From the NCBI GenBank assembly GCA_043228905.1, contig JBHGNT010000010.1, forward strand, positions 4,092,001-4,156,000: a stretch of DNA of 64,000 bases, in the 5' to 3' direction. Source of the DNA: Azolla caroliniana (Eukaryota; Plantae; Polypodiophyta). Made by a program: the position numbers and the translations under genes. Shown here piece by piece: positions 1-11,981 of this stretch; within the stretch, counting starts at the first letter, position 1; each line of letters opens with the position of its first letter. The notes beneath the pieces were generated by a model that saw nothing but the letters and a program-made list of their open reading frames with translations, was not told where the DNA came from and did no database searches.

Positions 1-744
1 CAATGATCACATACTTCATAGCATTCCCTCAAAGTTCTAACAGATTATTTACTCCCCATCTTTTAAACCATTTCATAATCTCAAGCACACAGCCAGATGA
101 GAGGATTTTGCTCTTATTAGTTGTGTATCTTGCATCCTATGTTCCACACCTGTTTCGGAAATCTGTGATTGGGCATATTATTGACAGCAAGAGACAACAA
201 TCTCAAAAGAAAAGAAGGAAGATTCCACAAAAAATCCTAATATAGACATAGAAAAAGAAGGTGCAAAGAAAGGGGATTGTAGATAAATAGATTACTGTTT
301 GGCAGCCAAATATACCCATGGAACCAAAAGGCATAAACCTAGCAATTAGGGGTATTATATCTATCAAGACCATTAGAGATATAAAAAGAAACTAACAAAA
401 ATTAATAAGAAGCAAAAGGGAAGATAATAGATAGATTATTGTCTTCATTAGGTAACAATGACCCAGGGAACCCCATAGAGCATAAAGAAATTCAAAACTA
501 GCTATCTCATTTTGTATCTTATAGGGGGATCTATTTTCGTTACCCAATCTCCACAGTCATATTTTATGTCCCAAGTGAAATAACTAATTGATGACAATGT
601 GAGAGAATCATACAAACAAAATGAACAAAGAAAAATATATACAGGGGTTGGAAACTATATGCACAATAAGTGATTAAGAGTGCAAGACTAATATAGATGG
701 GTGAGAAGCTGGCAGATACAAATGGCTAAAAAGAAAAACGGAGG

Positions 745-975
745 CCTGAGAATAAATTGTACTAAGGAAGAAAATTAGTTCATGGGTTCAAACCAAGATG
801 TACAACTGATTGGTGGAAGAGGAGCATGGTTGTATTTAAACAGCCATCAACAAACAACAGAGACCTGAGAATAAATAGTGCTAAGGATCAAAACTAGTTC
901 ACATGTTCAAACCAAGATGTACAGCTCATTGGTGGAAGACAGGGATGGTTGTATTTAAAGAGCCATAAACAAACA
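745..975. repeat. Tandem duplication, about 119-bp unit x2 (inside the presumed RING-CH gene intron)
   Basis: CCTGAGAATAAAT...CAAACCAAGATGTACA..TTGGTGGAAGA..GGTTGTATTTAA..AGCCAT..ACAAACA occurs at 745 and again at 864. Confidence 0.85.
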
Positions 976-1725
976 TACTTACACTACTCTCTGGAAGGAT
1001 CTTCAGGATTTGGCTGAAAATCTAGATCAAGACTCATAGAAAAAGAGGATAGAATTTATAGGTCACAGCCTGTCCTGATGATATTAATGACCTGGTAGTG
1101 AGATTGCTAGCACCTCCCGCAACCAAATAACAAAGAGAAGTTAAAGATGGGCCTGTAATATCATCAAATGTACCACCACGGTGTAGATATCAGAAGCATT
1201 ATTAGAAGAGGGAAAATATGTGGAATCTCCACTAATCACACCGTCCCAAAAATAATGGTATTGTATTTTGATGAAATCCGCTCCCAAACCTACTGACAAT
1301 ATATGTGAAGGTCTCCAGCAATACATGCCCATGAACATATTGGTATGGTACTTTATCAAAATCCACTCCAAGATGCTAAGGGTAACCTTTTGCATCAGCC
1401 AAGCTTTATATTTTTGCCTGAAGTTCTACCAAACATCAACGGTTTTTCATTTCACTCGCCAAAGGACCAATTCCGAAGCATTTTTACATTCAATGGCCTA
1501 AATTTCAGCTAGCATTGCATCATGCCAATGGAATAGCTAGAGTCTCATTAATATGTGCCATCAAAACAAGATTGAAGAACACAGGCCCCTCAATAATTTG
1601 TCCTTTTGGTGGAAATCTGAGAGGAGGAATGAGGTTGTGAAGTATTACAATGGGAGACTGTAAAGTAACGCCACTTCAGAATGTGAAATTCATTGATAAT
1701 CATAACCACAAAGAAACTATAATGA

Positions 1726-2575
1726 GAAGTTAGAATTAGAATTAGAATTTTTATCGTCCATAAAGAGGCCAATTTTGACCTATGAGACCAAGAGTCTGCA
1801 TGTGTTCTTGATATGTGTCTCCTTCCTAAGAAGGGGTATGGGTATTCACACATTGAAGCACAAAGCCTCTATGTGTGAATAAAGCATACACATATGAGCT
1901 CAACCTTCTTGGTGGTGTCTTAAGTATGGCACTTAAGTTATCATTCCCTCTTAGTATGTAAGCATATCTTGAACGAATTGCACTATATGTCGAGCATGTG
2001 AAGAGCAAGTGACATTCATCCTCTACCATGCCTTCATTGCATACTTTGCATGTCTTCACGTTCATTACATTTTGATACCATGATGCAACTTCAATACCTA
2101 ATTTGTGAGGTCGAGTGTGAAGTAGTGTAAGGGCTCTACGAGCATTACTACTCATATTGGTAACGAGGTAAGGTTGGATACGATCGATAGGCATTCTTGC
2201 TTTATATTGAGACCAACATTCAGGGTTGACATTTGCAATGTAGTATTCTAGCTTTTTACTCTTAGCATCTTCGCACTTCATCCTTAATGATTCCACCAAC
2301 CTTTCTTCAATCATTACATACTACATAGCATTGCCCGAAAGCTCTAAAAGATCATCCAAACCCCATCTTCTAAACCATTTCCTGATGTCAACAACCCAAC
2401 CGGATGAGCGAATCTTACTTTTATGATTTTGTAGCTTACATCCAACATTCCAAGCAAGATGTGGTAATCGATGATTTGGCATATTCTTGACTTTTGTAAT
2501 GTATTTATATACTCTTGGAGTGCCAAGAGTTGAGATGGAGAGGGAATTTTTCCATACATTGGACTTGGAGCAGAC
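1726..2575 (-). mobile_element. Non-LTR retrotransposon (LINE) 3' remnant
   Basis: ORF 1826-2314 has a C-terminal Zn motif typical of LINE ORF2 ends (CKVCNEGMVEDECHLLFTC..Y..IR.RY). On the minus strand it is followed by a short tandem (ATTCTA)n tail at about 1726-1750. Confidence 0.7.
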
Positions 2576-3494
2576 AAGGCAAGTTTAAAAAGTCGAGAGA
2601 GTTGAACTAGAGAGCACTGTTTTTATCAAGGGGGTGTTTTGCATATATTATTAGTATCTAAAACATTAATAGTATGAGAATGATTTCCTTAAAAAGAGCA
2701 TCAACAACAGATCCAGCATCGAGACTATAAAGGTGAAAAAAGCTTTCCTGGGATACTGGCACAGAAGACGATAAAAATTTACTTTTGAGACTTTTGAGTT
2801 CAATTTTTGACAGTACTCCTTGAGAATGGGATATATGCAAAACATCCTGACGTGAGAAGGTTTCTCACATGTGATAGTGATCCTGTCAATTTGTAGAGAG
2901 GACTATCATTTGGACAGACGCAAAAAATATAGAGTTACAGCATCTTCAATTAGCTCTTAACTCTTGTGACGCTTTGAAACATCTTCTAGTTGATGTTTAA
3001 CTAAGTTGCGCTTTCTTAGTTAAAGCAAGAAATGAAGAAACATAGTAGTTGCCAATAGCATAAGAATTTGTTAAAAATGTTGGTTGAAGGCCAACACAGA
3101 TCTGAATATTTATCACCAGTAAACAAAATGCATATTGTCATCTGTATCATATTGCCACACTCTTCAAATAAGAAGAAAATGTAGTATCTTCTTCAATAGT
3201 ATGAATCATTGAGTGTTAGAAAAACTTAACCTACATGCTTGAAAACTAAGAGAATTTATCCTATACTCTAACAGATTCAAAGATTTGATAGGAGCATTCT
3301 ATACACAAAGCACCATGTGATCTTATATCAAATTGCCAGGCTCTTCAGGTAAGAATGATGAGTAGTGTCTTCTTCCATAGTATGAATCATCAAATGTTAC
3401 AAATTATACAACAATGTATAGAATCAGAGATTTGATAAGGGCATACATGGTTCCAAAACAACATTTTTCTACGAAAAAATAACACAGAAGGTAC

Positions 3495-4049
3495 CTTGAG
3501 ACTTCCAGAACAAGCACATGGGGACTCGAGATTAGCAATGTCATCTTCTTCCTGACAAATTCTGCATTCTGCAATGCAAGTTTTGATGCTTACTGCAGTT
3601 CCTTTGCTGCAACAACTTATCAAATCATCTTTTACATGTCCAATAACATGATTTTCTTTGGTTTCGTCCTTCTCTACATCAGTGGATGAGTTTTCTGGAT
3701 ATCTAAGGGATCCACGGGCCAACATATCCGAAATTACCACTTGTTTTTCTATGCTTTCATCCTTTCTTCTTAGAATCATATCTGGAATCACCATTTTGAT
3801 GTAGTGGGACAGCCCGGCACCAAACTTTCCTCTCAAATGTGGCATCTCCGAAGCCGAATCTCTTCTAATGCAACCTTCTTCTCCTTCAGCTTCTGCTTCT
3901 TTTATTTGGTCCAAAAGAGGATCTCTTTCCTCGATTTTGATCTCCGAGATGTTAACTTCGGTGATTTCTGAAGCTCTTCTGGAGGAGGAGGAGGAGGAGG
4001 AGGAGGATGCTATCTGATGATTCACAGAGATGGTTACATGATCATTCAT
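3495..4049 (-). CDS. RING-CH (RINGv/MARCH-type) E3 ubiquitin ligase, first coding exon; gene continues left of the window
   Basis: ECRICQEEDDIANLESPCACSGSLK is the first half of the C4HC3 RINGv domain and ends at a donor AAG|GTACCT (3495/3494). I did not find the second-half exon (..AHRKCVQRWC..) in 1-3494, which implies an intron longer than 3.4 kb. Confidence 0.88.
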
Positions 4050-5214
4050 GGTAAAAGAGAAGGTAGAAACCTGAACAAAAAAACTGAAGCCCTGAGTGGA
4101 TCGTCGAACTGCGAAACCGTCGAAGATATCAACTGTGTGTGGTTTTCGTATACTTTCGACAGAAATATGGTTCAGAAACCCTAATTTCGGAGGTAAAAAA
4201 GAAGAAGGCAGGAGAGGACCCCAACAATCTCGGGGCGGAAGAGATCAAAAATGCAGAGCAGAAAATGGAAGCGATTCAGAGAAGGCAGGAGGAGGAGGAA
4301 ACAAAATAAATGTAATTAATTCATTAATCAATCGAATAAATAAATAAATAAAAATCATTTTGGTTTTCGGAAATTTCAATAATACCCCTCAGCCTAATGC
4401 TTTATGCCAAATCCTGAAATATACCCCTCATGCTTTCCATCGCAGTTTTTATTCATGAAGTTGTATCTCTGTAATCGTAGTTTTTGCCGAACAATACACA
4501 AGATGTAAAAGGTACACATAACTCGTAGGAGAAAAAAAAAAATCCGTCTCACTGCATTTTGGAGATCACGAATTGGTTCAATATATGGGCAGGTAGTAAA
4601 TGATCCATTTGGAGCTCTGAAGGTAGGTGATGCCCTGAAGCATGTGAGAATGTATCCAATTGCACTACACATGAAGCAGCAAGATATTGCATTGCAAATA
4701 TTAACCCCTGATGTTGGCCCCAGTACATGGTAAAAATGTGAGAATGTATCAAATCACATCTCTCTGCCCCTTTGAGCCTTGGCTTCTTGGAGAGACTTTA
4801 ACACATCTCCGAACTTCCTCACACAAGTAAGGTGTTGACGTAAGCATCATCGCCCATATATGATATATGTGCAAGGTATGCAATGAAAGCCTACTAGATT
4901 ATGATTAACTTCCATATGTCCACCATCAGTGCCATAACTTCCATATACTTAACTCACATTCTCTTTAATGTGAGATTGGACATTGAGGCATATAAGAAAT
5001 GAGACTTGTTGACTATGCATATTTGATCCTGAATAAGTTGAGCAGCATGTTTTGTCACAATGTTCAATTTTGCTTTGCACACAATTACACACATTGATTT
5101 CTCAATAGCAAAGTACACTCTTGATCGTGATATTTATTAGTAAAAAAACCTTGAACATTGAGAATCACTACTCAACTCCACACATACTACGTGCAAATGT
5201 TTCACCTTTGGTAT

Positions 5215-5745
5215 TAGCCATGGGCCCAGTTTTGGCTCAAACCGAACCGAACCATTAAGCCATGATTTAGCAGTTTATCGGTTCCCAAAAAATCTAATGG
5301 CTTGGTTTGGTTTGGGTTATAAAGAAACTATTTGGTTCTAAAACTCAGGTGTATCGGTTTATAGGTTTGGTTTAAACGTTTATGGTTTTTTGGTGAAATT
5401 TTTATTTCCCCTTAATTGTTTAGTTTTTTTTAATTTTAATCAATTTAACTTAAATGGTTTTATTAATGTTTTTTATTTATTTAGTAAATTTAGTTTGAAT
5501 GTTTATATTAATTTAATGTATTTTTGTTTATTTAGTTTGACTTACGTGATTAGGTTTAAATTTTTTATTTAATGGTTTAGTTTGGTTTCAACTTTTCCAT
5601 AAACGGTTTTGGTTTACCTTTTCTTAAATGGTTTGGTTTAAATTATTTGAAAGTTCCTAAATGGTTTGGTTTGGTTTAGGGTTTATATAAATGGTTCGGT
5701 TCAGTTTTAAGGCAAAGAAACATAACCGAACCAGCTCCATTGCTA
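5215..5745. mobile_element. Non-autonomous hAT-type element (531 bp)
   Basis: Imperfect TIRs TAGCCATGGG / TCCATTGCTA, perfect 8-bp TSD TTTGGTAT (5207-5214 and 5746-5753), many subterminal AACCG/CGGTT motifs and an AT-rich core. Confidence 0.85.
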
Positions 5746-8399
5746 TTTGGTATCATGAGTCATATTTGACCATTGAGGGAATTAATAAATTATATCTCTT
5801 TAATCTCACTATTTTTTGTTTGTGTACAATTTTTCTCTTTAACTTATCTCCTCTACTCTTTATTTAGTGCATGTTCATTCTCTTTTCTCGAACAAGCTAT
5901 AAGATGTATGTTGTTCTCGTCCCATAATCCACAATTGGCCTCTTTAAATATGCTAATATGCCTCCTCTTCTTCCATTTCTTGAATATTCTCCTTGGTTAT
6001 GGTAATGTCACTTATTTATGACAACTACGATGTATTTCTTGATTGACAACACAATTTTGTGAGGGAAACGACACTAGAGAAAATGTCATTATCAATGCAA
6101 ACAATGCATGGAAGTGGTAGATGAGGAAGATGATTCCTTATTTAGCCACTCAAATGATGTAATGGAAAGGGACATGCAAATAAAATGTTGAGTGCTCCCC
6201 TACTAGGGAATTGAATAAAATGACATGCCACATGACTTGCCTTAATAATTAATCAATATCATACTTTGAAATTTAAATTCTAGTTAAGGCATCGCACAAT
6301 GGGAATCAATACAACATGTTGCCTTTTGGTTTGCTTTTGGGTGCGTTAGAATCTATTATATATATGTCTTCTTGTGTGTTTGGATGTTATGTTCCTCTCT
6401 AACGTTGAGTATTAACATAAACAATGAATCTACATGATAAATGTATCATTTATTCATAATTCCATACGACATGACATGACCTTGCTTAGTTCATTGGGAG
6501 TTAAATATAGTAACATTTTTTTTCCAAAAAAGGAGCTACTTTCCCATTACTTAGGAGAGATTTTTACAAAAAGGCTATACAAGATGGCAATATAGTAACA
6601 GTTCTATACGTGGAACTCAGAACTCGTCTTATAATTGTGTGCGTCTTAATTTGAAAGAAACTTTAGTGAGACATGGGTTGTAAAGTCAAGGATAAATGTA
6701 TGAGAGTGCTTGTCAATGACATCACCTTGCTTAGTTCATTGGGAGTTCAATATAGTAACACTTCCATGAGTGGAACTCATCTTATAATTGTGTGTAGAAA
6801 CCTTAGTGGGACATGGGTTGTAAAAATCAAGGATAAATCAAGTTCTTGTAACTTTATCAACATCATTGTGATTGTGATAAAGTTATAGGAACTTGACAAC
6901 ATTACGTGTCGATTATAAATCAACATTGTCTCTTCGATTTTTGGAAAAAAATAAAACATTGATTGTCTCTTCGACATCACCATCACCACCACCACTTAAC
7001 TTTGGTAAGGGAACACAAGCAATGGAGACATCTTAATTAACACGACAAAAGATAAGTTGGTTTGGTAGATATGGAGAAACTACTTTGTTTGATCATTCAA
7101 TTTATGTGATGACAAGAATGTTGATATAGACGGCCATGCTTTTTATCAACAGACATCTCCCACCAACCAAAACAAAGAAAATTAAAACAAACGTTGGCAC
7201 TTAATGGAACACAATATTTTTCTTTAGATTTCTTTAAATAATATACATTCCATGGTATCCCTCTTCTTGTGTGTTTTAGGTGGGCATTTGTCTAGTCTCA
7301 TGCTCAAGCAAGTTATGATACTCTTTATCTAGATGGAAAATTTATAATACTCATTAATTATTGCTCCATTCATGTTACAATAGTTATAACATGATACATG
7401 TATTTTTAAGCAAAATAAGTTTGACAAACCCCTCAATTTAGCGTTATCATTGTTCAGTGTGGCATTTTGTCAAAACATATCAACAATCACATATTGGAAT
7501 TTATTGTGCTCAAATGAATGCGAGTATTGCAACCTATTTAAGCAATAATTATTGCTTCGTGCTATGCATGTTGTTGGATTTACTTTGTGAATGTTTGCAT
7601 GTTTGGTAGGGGTTGCTTGTTTGACCTAACATACTTAAATTTAACAAATATATAAACAATAATTGACATGCATACGGAGGATGTGTAATTCTAGATAATG
7701 TATGGGTTTTGTCCATATTGATGCGTTCACTGTTCTTTTCATGTGCTTTATGATTCGGCTCACACAAAATATCATTCATATTATATATGTGGTTGCTCCA
7801 AATCATCTTTGCTTCATGAAATAAGGTGGGAAGCTCACAATGCATTTGTTTTCACCTCCTTTGGTCATAAGGGTTAATAACAACAATACCATGTTCATGG
7901 GATGAACAATTGGTAAGAGATAATTAATAAACTACATAAATCATTACATGGGAGAGGAGGAAATAAACCCCCCCAAAAAAGATCACAGGTGGAAAGCATT
8001 ATAATGTGAGACAAGGAACAAAAGGTTGTGGTTTCATGCAATAAAAATGGTTTATCTAAATCTTTCTTTGATTGTGAATTTGCAAAGTTTAGTATTACAT
8101 ATCTATTGAGAAAAGTAAACATACCCTAAGTTTCCACATATTTGCCACGATACCCTTTGGTTTTAAACAGTTACTCAATAACTCCTTGAATCAACTCAAG
8201 TTTAACCAATGTTCGTTTGGATCTAAATAGTACTTGTTTTAATACGCACATTTGCACCTAGTTATTAATCGATTGCTTAACTTCTTGATTGTTTTTTTTT
8301 TCTCGAAATAATATCCTCCATTGATATTAAACGTAAAGTGGCCAAAGACAATATACAAAGTAGTCAAGTATTACAATGAATATTGTAAAGTCATCCAAA

Positions 8400-9400
8400 C
8401 GACCGTAGCCAATCTAAGTGCACTAGATTTTGCATACATATCCATCAAATCCATGCCAAGCACCAAATTCTTTCCAAGCGACTTTTTCTAGATAATTTCA
8501 TCATGTACATGTTTTCCTTCATGAAGGGCCCAACACTACCACACGCTTTCAAGATACATGAGAAAGTGATAACATTAGGAGGGATATCCTCACATTTCAT
8601 TTCGTTGAAGCATCTCATGGCTTCTTCGGCCTCACTACATTGGGCATATCCAACAATCAATGCATTCCAAGGGACCACATCACGGATACAAATCCTTTTC
8701 AACATGCCACATTTGGCATACATATCCACCAAAGTTATTAGAGTTATGATCTAATGTAAGCATATGATAAGGAAGGAGAGAGAGAAAGAAGGGTGTCAAT
8801 CCACCCGACCACCCTTGAGTGAAGGGATTGAGATGGACTTGAGCCTCGATCGGCGTCCCATACCACCACCGTGGTGTCGAGTTGTACCTGGTTCTGGTGC
8901 GCTCGCTACTAGAGTTGACCCACCACAACGTCAGAGTCTCGACGTAGTCAAACGATGATGAAATGAGGGTAGCTAGGCCTCATATTTATAGCGGTACCCA
9001 AGGCCCCCAGGCAAGTTCACACTTGGCCTAATGGGTTGTCTCAATCCTGAGGATTAAAAGTAATCCTCCCCTTCTTTGCACTCTCGTTTAATCCTCACAC
9101 TTATCCACTTGTATAAAATACTACAGTAAATTCTCACCACGAGATATTATATGATCATGCCCATAACAAAAGCAATGCCAAGGATAACATTTTCTCTATC
9201 AAAGTTGTATTAAAAATGTCATTATGAATTTCTTTTGCCTTTCTAAGTTCTTTTAAGTTGTCACAAGAAAATGTTATCAGATCTTAAGAGAACCCTTTGG
9301 TTTTCATTTCCCCAAACCAGCATAATGATTATATATATCCTTTCCTTGTTGAACCTATCCTCCCACCATACCATTCCAAGAGACGACATCAACTTGGTGA
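8400..9400 (-). pseudogene. PLS-class PPR gene fragments, interrupted by an LTR-like insertion
   Basis: LVDMYAKCG..RDVVPWNALIVGYAQ..AEEAMRCFNEM..PPNVITFSCILKACGSVG (8445-8740) is frameshifted and internally deleted. More PPR-like peptides (DVVSWNG; GMVGG*VQQGKDIYNH; NVILGIA) lie at about 9130-9400. Confidence 0.8.
8755..9125. mobile_element. Candidate solo LTR inside the PPR pseudogene
   Basis: TGTA...TACA ends, a GC-richer body and TATTTATAG (reverse TATA). It separates PPR-like fragments. No matching TSD was seen. Confidence 0.5.
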
Positions 9401-9809
9401 TTGTTAAGTAACTATTTGATTCACTAAATATGTAATTAGGGCAAATGAATTAATCGATATATTTTGCAATGACATGAATAGATCAATAATGACATGTTTA
9501 ACGAAGCACGAGTTCATGCCCAAAAGAGAAAGTAGTGGTGCATGCACATACAAAGAGAGAATACAATTTTCATTCGACAAAAGAGCTCTAAAAGCATGTA
9601 ACAAGAGCGCCCACACCATATTAAGAAAAATAAATATAAAAAGAAAGAGTAGTTTTATTTAGAAAGAGAGTTCCCTAAAGTTATATAATGAGCAAGAGAA
9701 TGTTCATACAAGAATAAGGACAAATGCATATGTGAATCTCCAATTTTTTCTAGATAACTTATATTCTATTCCAATGGGTATGAGGGGCAAACGATTAAAA
9801 TACAAAAAG

Positions 9810-10704
9810 TGTAGGACTTATGTTCGACCTATGGGCTTGAGGTGAGTTTCCAGATGTTGAGATACCAGTCCCTCCGGATGGGAATCGGAGAAGCCAGAGA
9901 AGAACGAGCAAATACAACTTAACTTATATAAATATAAATATAACTTAGGGCAAATATGATAGTATGAGTTGTTATCATTATTGTTGTATAGTGAGAGCGA
10001 GTGAGAGAGAGATAGAGAGACATAGAAACCTATTTATGTTGTAACCGCCGGTTGGCGAAGATAGAGCTCAAGGTCGTTGCCTCCGAGTATCCCGTTGTAC
10101 CCTTCCTCTCATAGTGATAGTTGAAGTCTGTGGACTCCCTTGGTTTTTTCCTGATCAAGGTTTTCCACATTAACATCTTGTGTCGCGTTGTCTTAACTAT
10201 GTAAGTGCATTCTATCTATTATTTCATTTTCTCTTTTATTCCATTGAGTGATTGAGACTTGGCTGTGGCCGAGCACTATTACACACACAAGAGGGAATAT
10301 GAAGCATAGACGAGAGAGTTAAGAGGGAACATTGGGGGGGATAAGTGAGAGATAGACAATACAATAAAAGGGGGATTGTTTGTATCTATTAACATGGTAG
10401 GGGTTGATCCAATGTGGGATTTGCAAAATGAAGTATGTATATGAGAAATTAAGGGTTTGGTGAAGGTGGGGGTATTTTTGGAGTGTGAACTAACAAGAGA
10501 ACTCTTGTACACTATGTATATCATACCGATCGTTATATATAGTAAAGCCGCCATCTCTATCGTTGTACATTGAGTCTATGATGTCTTATCTATTTGATTG
10601 TTGCGTGTCTTTGTTGTTATCATGTTTATTTGTTGTTCTTTCATATGGTGCTCTTCTAGCATCTTGAGCGATTGATTACTTGCAAACGTTGGGTTGGCCT
10701 AACA
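9810..10704. mobile_element. LTR-like fragments
   Basis: TG/CA ends, GA-rich tracts, TATA-like motifs and a GGTTTTTTCC...GGGTTTTCCAC motif typical of copia LTRs. Boundaries are uncertain and there is no TSD. Confidence 0.4.
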
Positions 10705-11981
10705 CCAATATAATTGCAGGATGAGCCCCTTTCGTGCATCACTTGTACTCATGTATACCTCGCTTGTGACGTTACAATACATCCTATTTTCCCACAATAA
10801 AGAGTTTAAAACATCAACTTACCATCATCCACTACATGGAGACCCTCACGGATGGAAGGACATCGTGCCACCCTTGGGGTCATTGGCTAGGTTGGAGTCA
10901 TACATTTTGACCATCCTTTTGTAGTCATGTTGTTGATAACTCTGATTTGTAGTACAATATAATATTGTACCAAAATGCATTATTCAAGTTTTATACTTAT
11001 TGAGGTAAATGCTCCAATACTTGATGACCATGATAAGGATTTCCAATAGAGGTATTGGGGCAATCCTAATGACATATAATGCTCATTTTCATATTCTCCT
11101 CTTGGCCTTTTATATATCCTAAGCTTTTTTTACACGCGTGTCAGTTATCTCCATATGTATCGTGTGCAATTACAAACTTAAACCTATTATTTTTACGAGG
11201 AGAGAAGTGCTTGATGTAGAAGAATTGTTCTGATTCGATCTTGTGCTTCGTCGATGCTATGTTGGTCTAGACTTTACAAAGCTGCTAATGGGTGGTGAAT
11301 GAAACCGAATTGAGCTGAATCGATCAACCAGGGTTGAGAGAACCCATGCATGCATGCCACCCCTTCATCAAATCATCATTGTCGATTCACTTGCCTCGGC
11401 TCATCTTCTGGTTGAGTTCTCTCGAGTGAGCTAGTACCAATCAGTACAAGGCCCTTTGGAGATAGATATATGCTTCCCACATCTCCATTTTCGACCGGCC
11501 TAATGCTTCATACATTCCGAAGACAAAAAATTACAATATATCTGACCCGAGACTCTTACGTTGGTTCCATGCTCACAAAGACGAGACAAGGTTTTAAGAT
11601 GTAATCTCTTGTATGGTGTTTAATTACAGGCCATTTGGGCCTCTTAAAAGACACTTAAAATCTATATGTACATATATGATATATATGTATAATGTATAAT
11701 GTATACATATTTCTTGCTTTCTATCTTTCCTTGTGTAATATGCAGTCTTGCAGAAACGTTTGTTAAACATAACGGTAAAAAAAAGAGAAACAAAACAAAA
11801 CAAAATTCTGGGAATCGATTCGAAAAAGAAAACGAAAACCCCGCGAAAAAAAACGCGGGAAACGGAGAAACGCGCGGGAAACGCAGAGCTCGCTAGGCTT
11901 TCTCTGCAGCTTTCCGTTTTCCTGTCTCTTCTTCCTCTTGCGGATTTCCCGCCCTCTGTAGAGCTCGATCGAAGCTTCCCC

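Noticed and set aside
11748-11981. N-terminal extension of the 222-aa ORF and the antisense ORFs over ATXR5/6 exon 1
   Set aside because: The start is non-ATG and lies in promoter/UTR-like sequence. The antisense frames are open because the exon is GC-rich.
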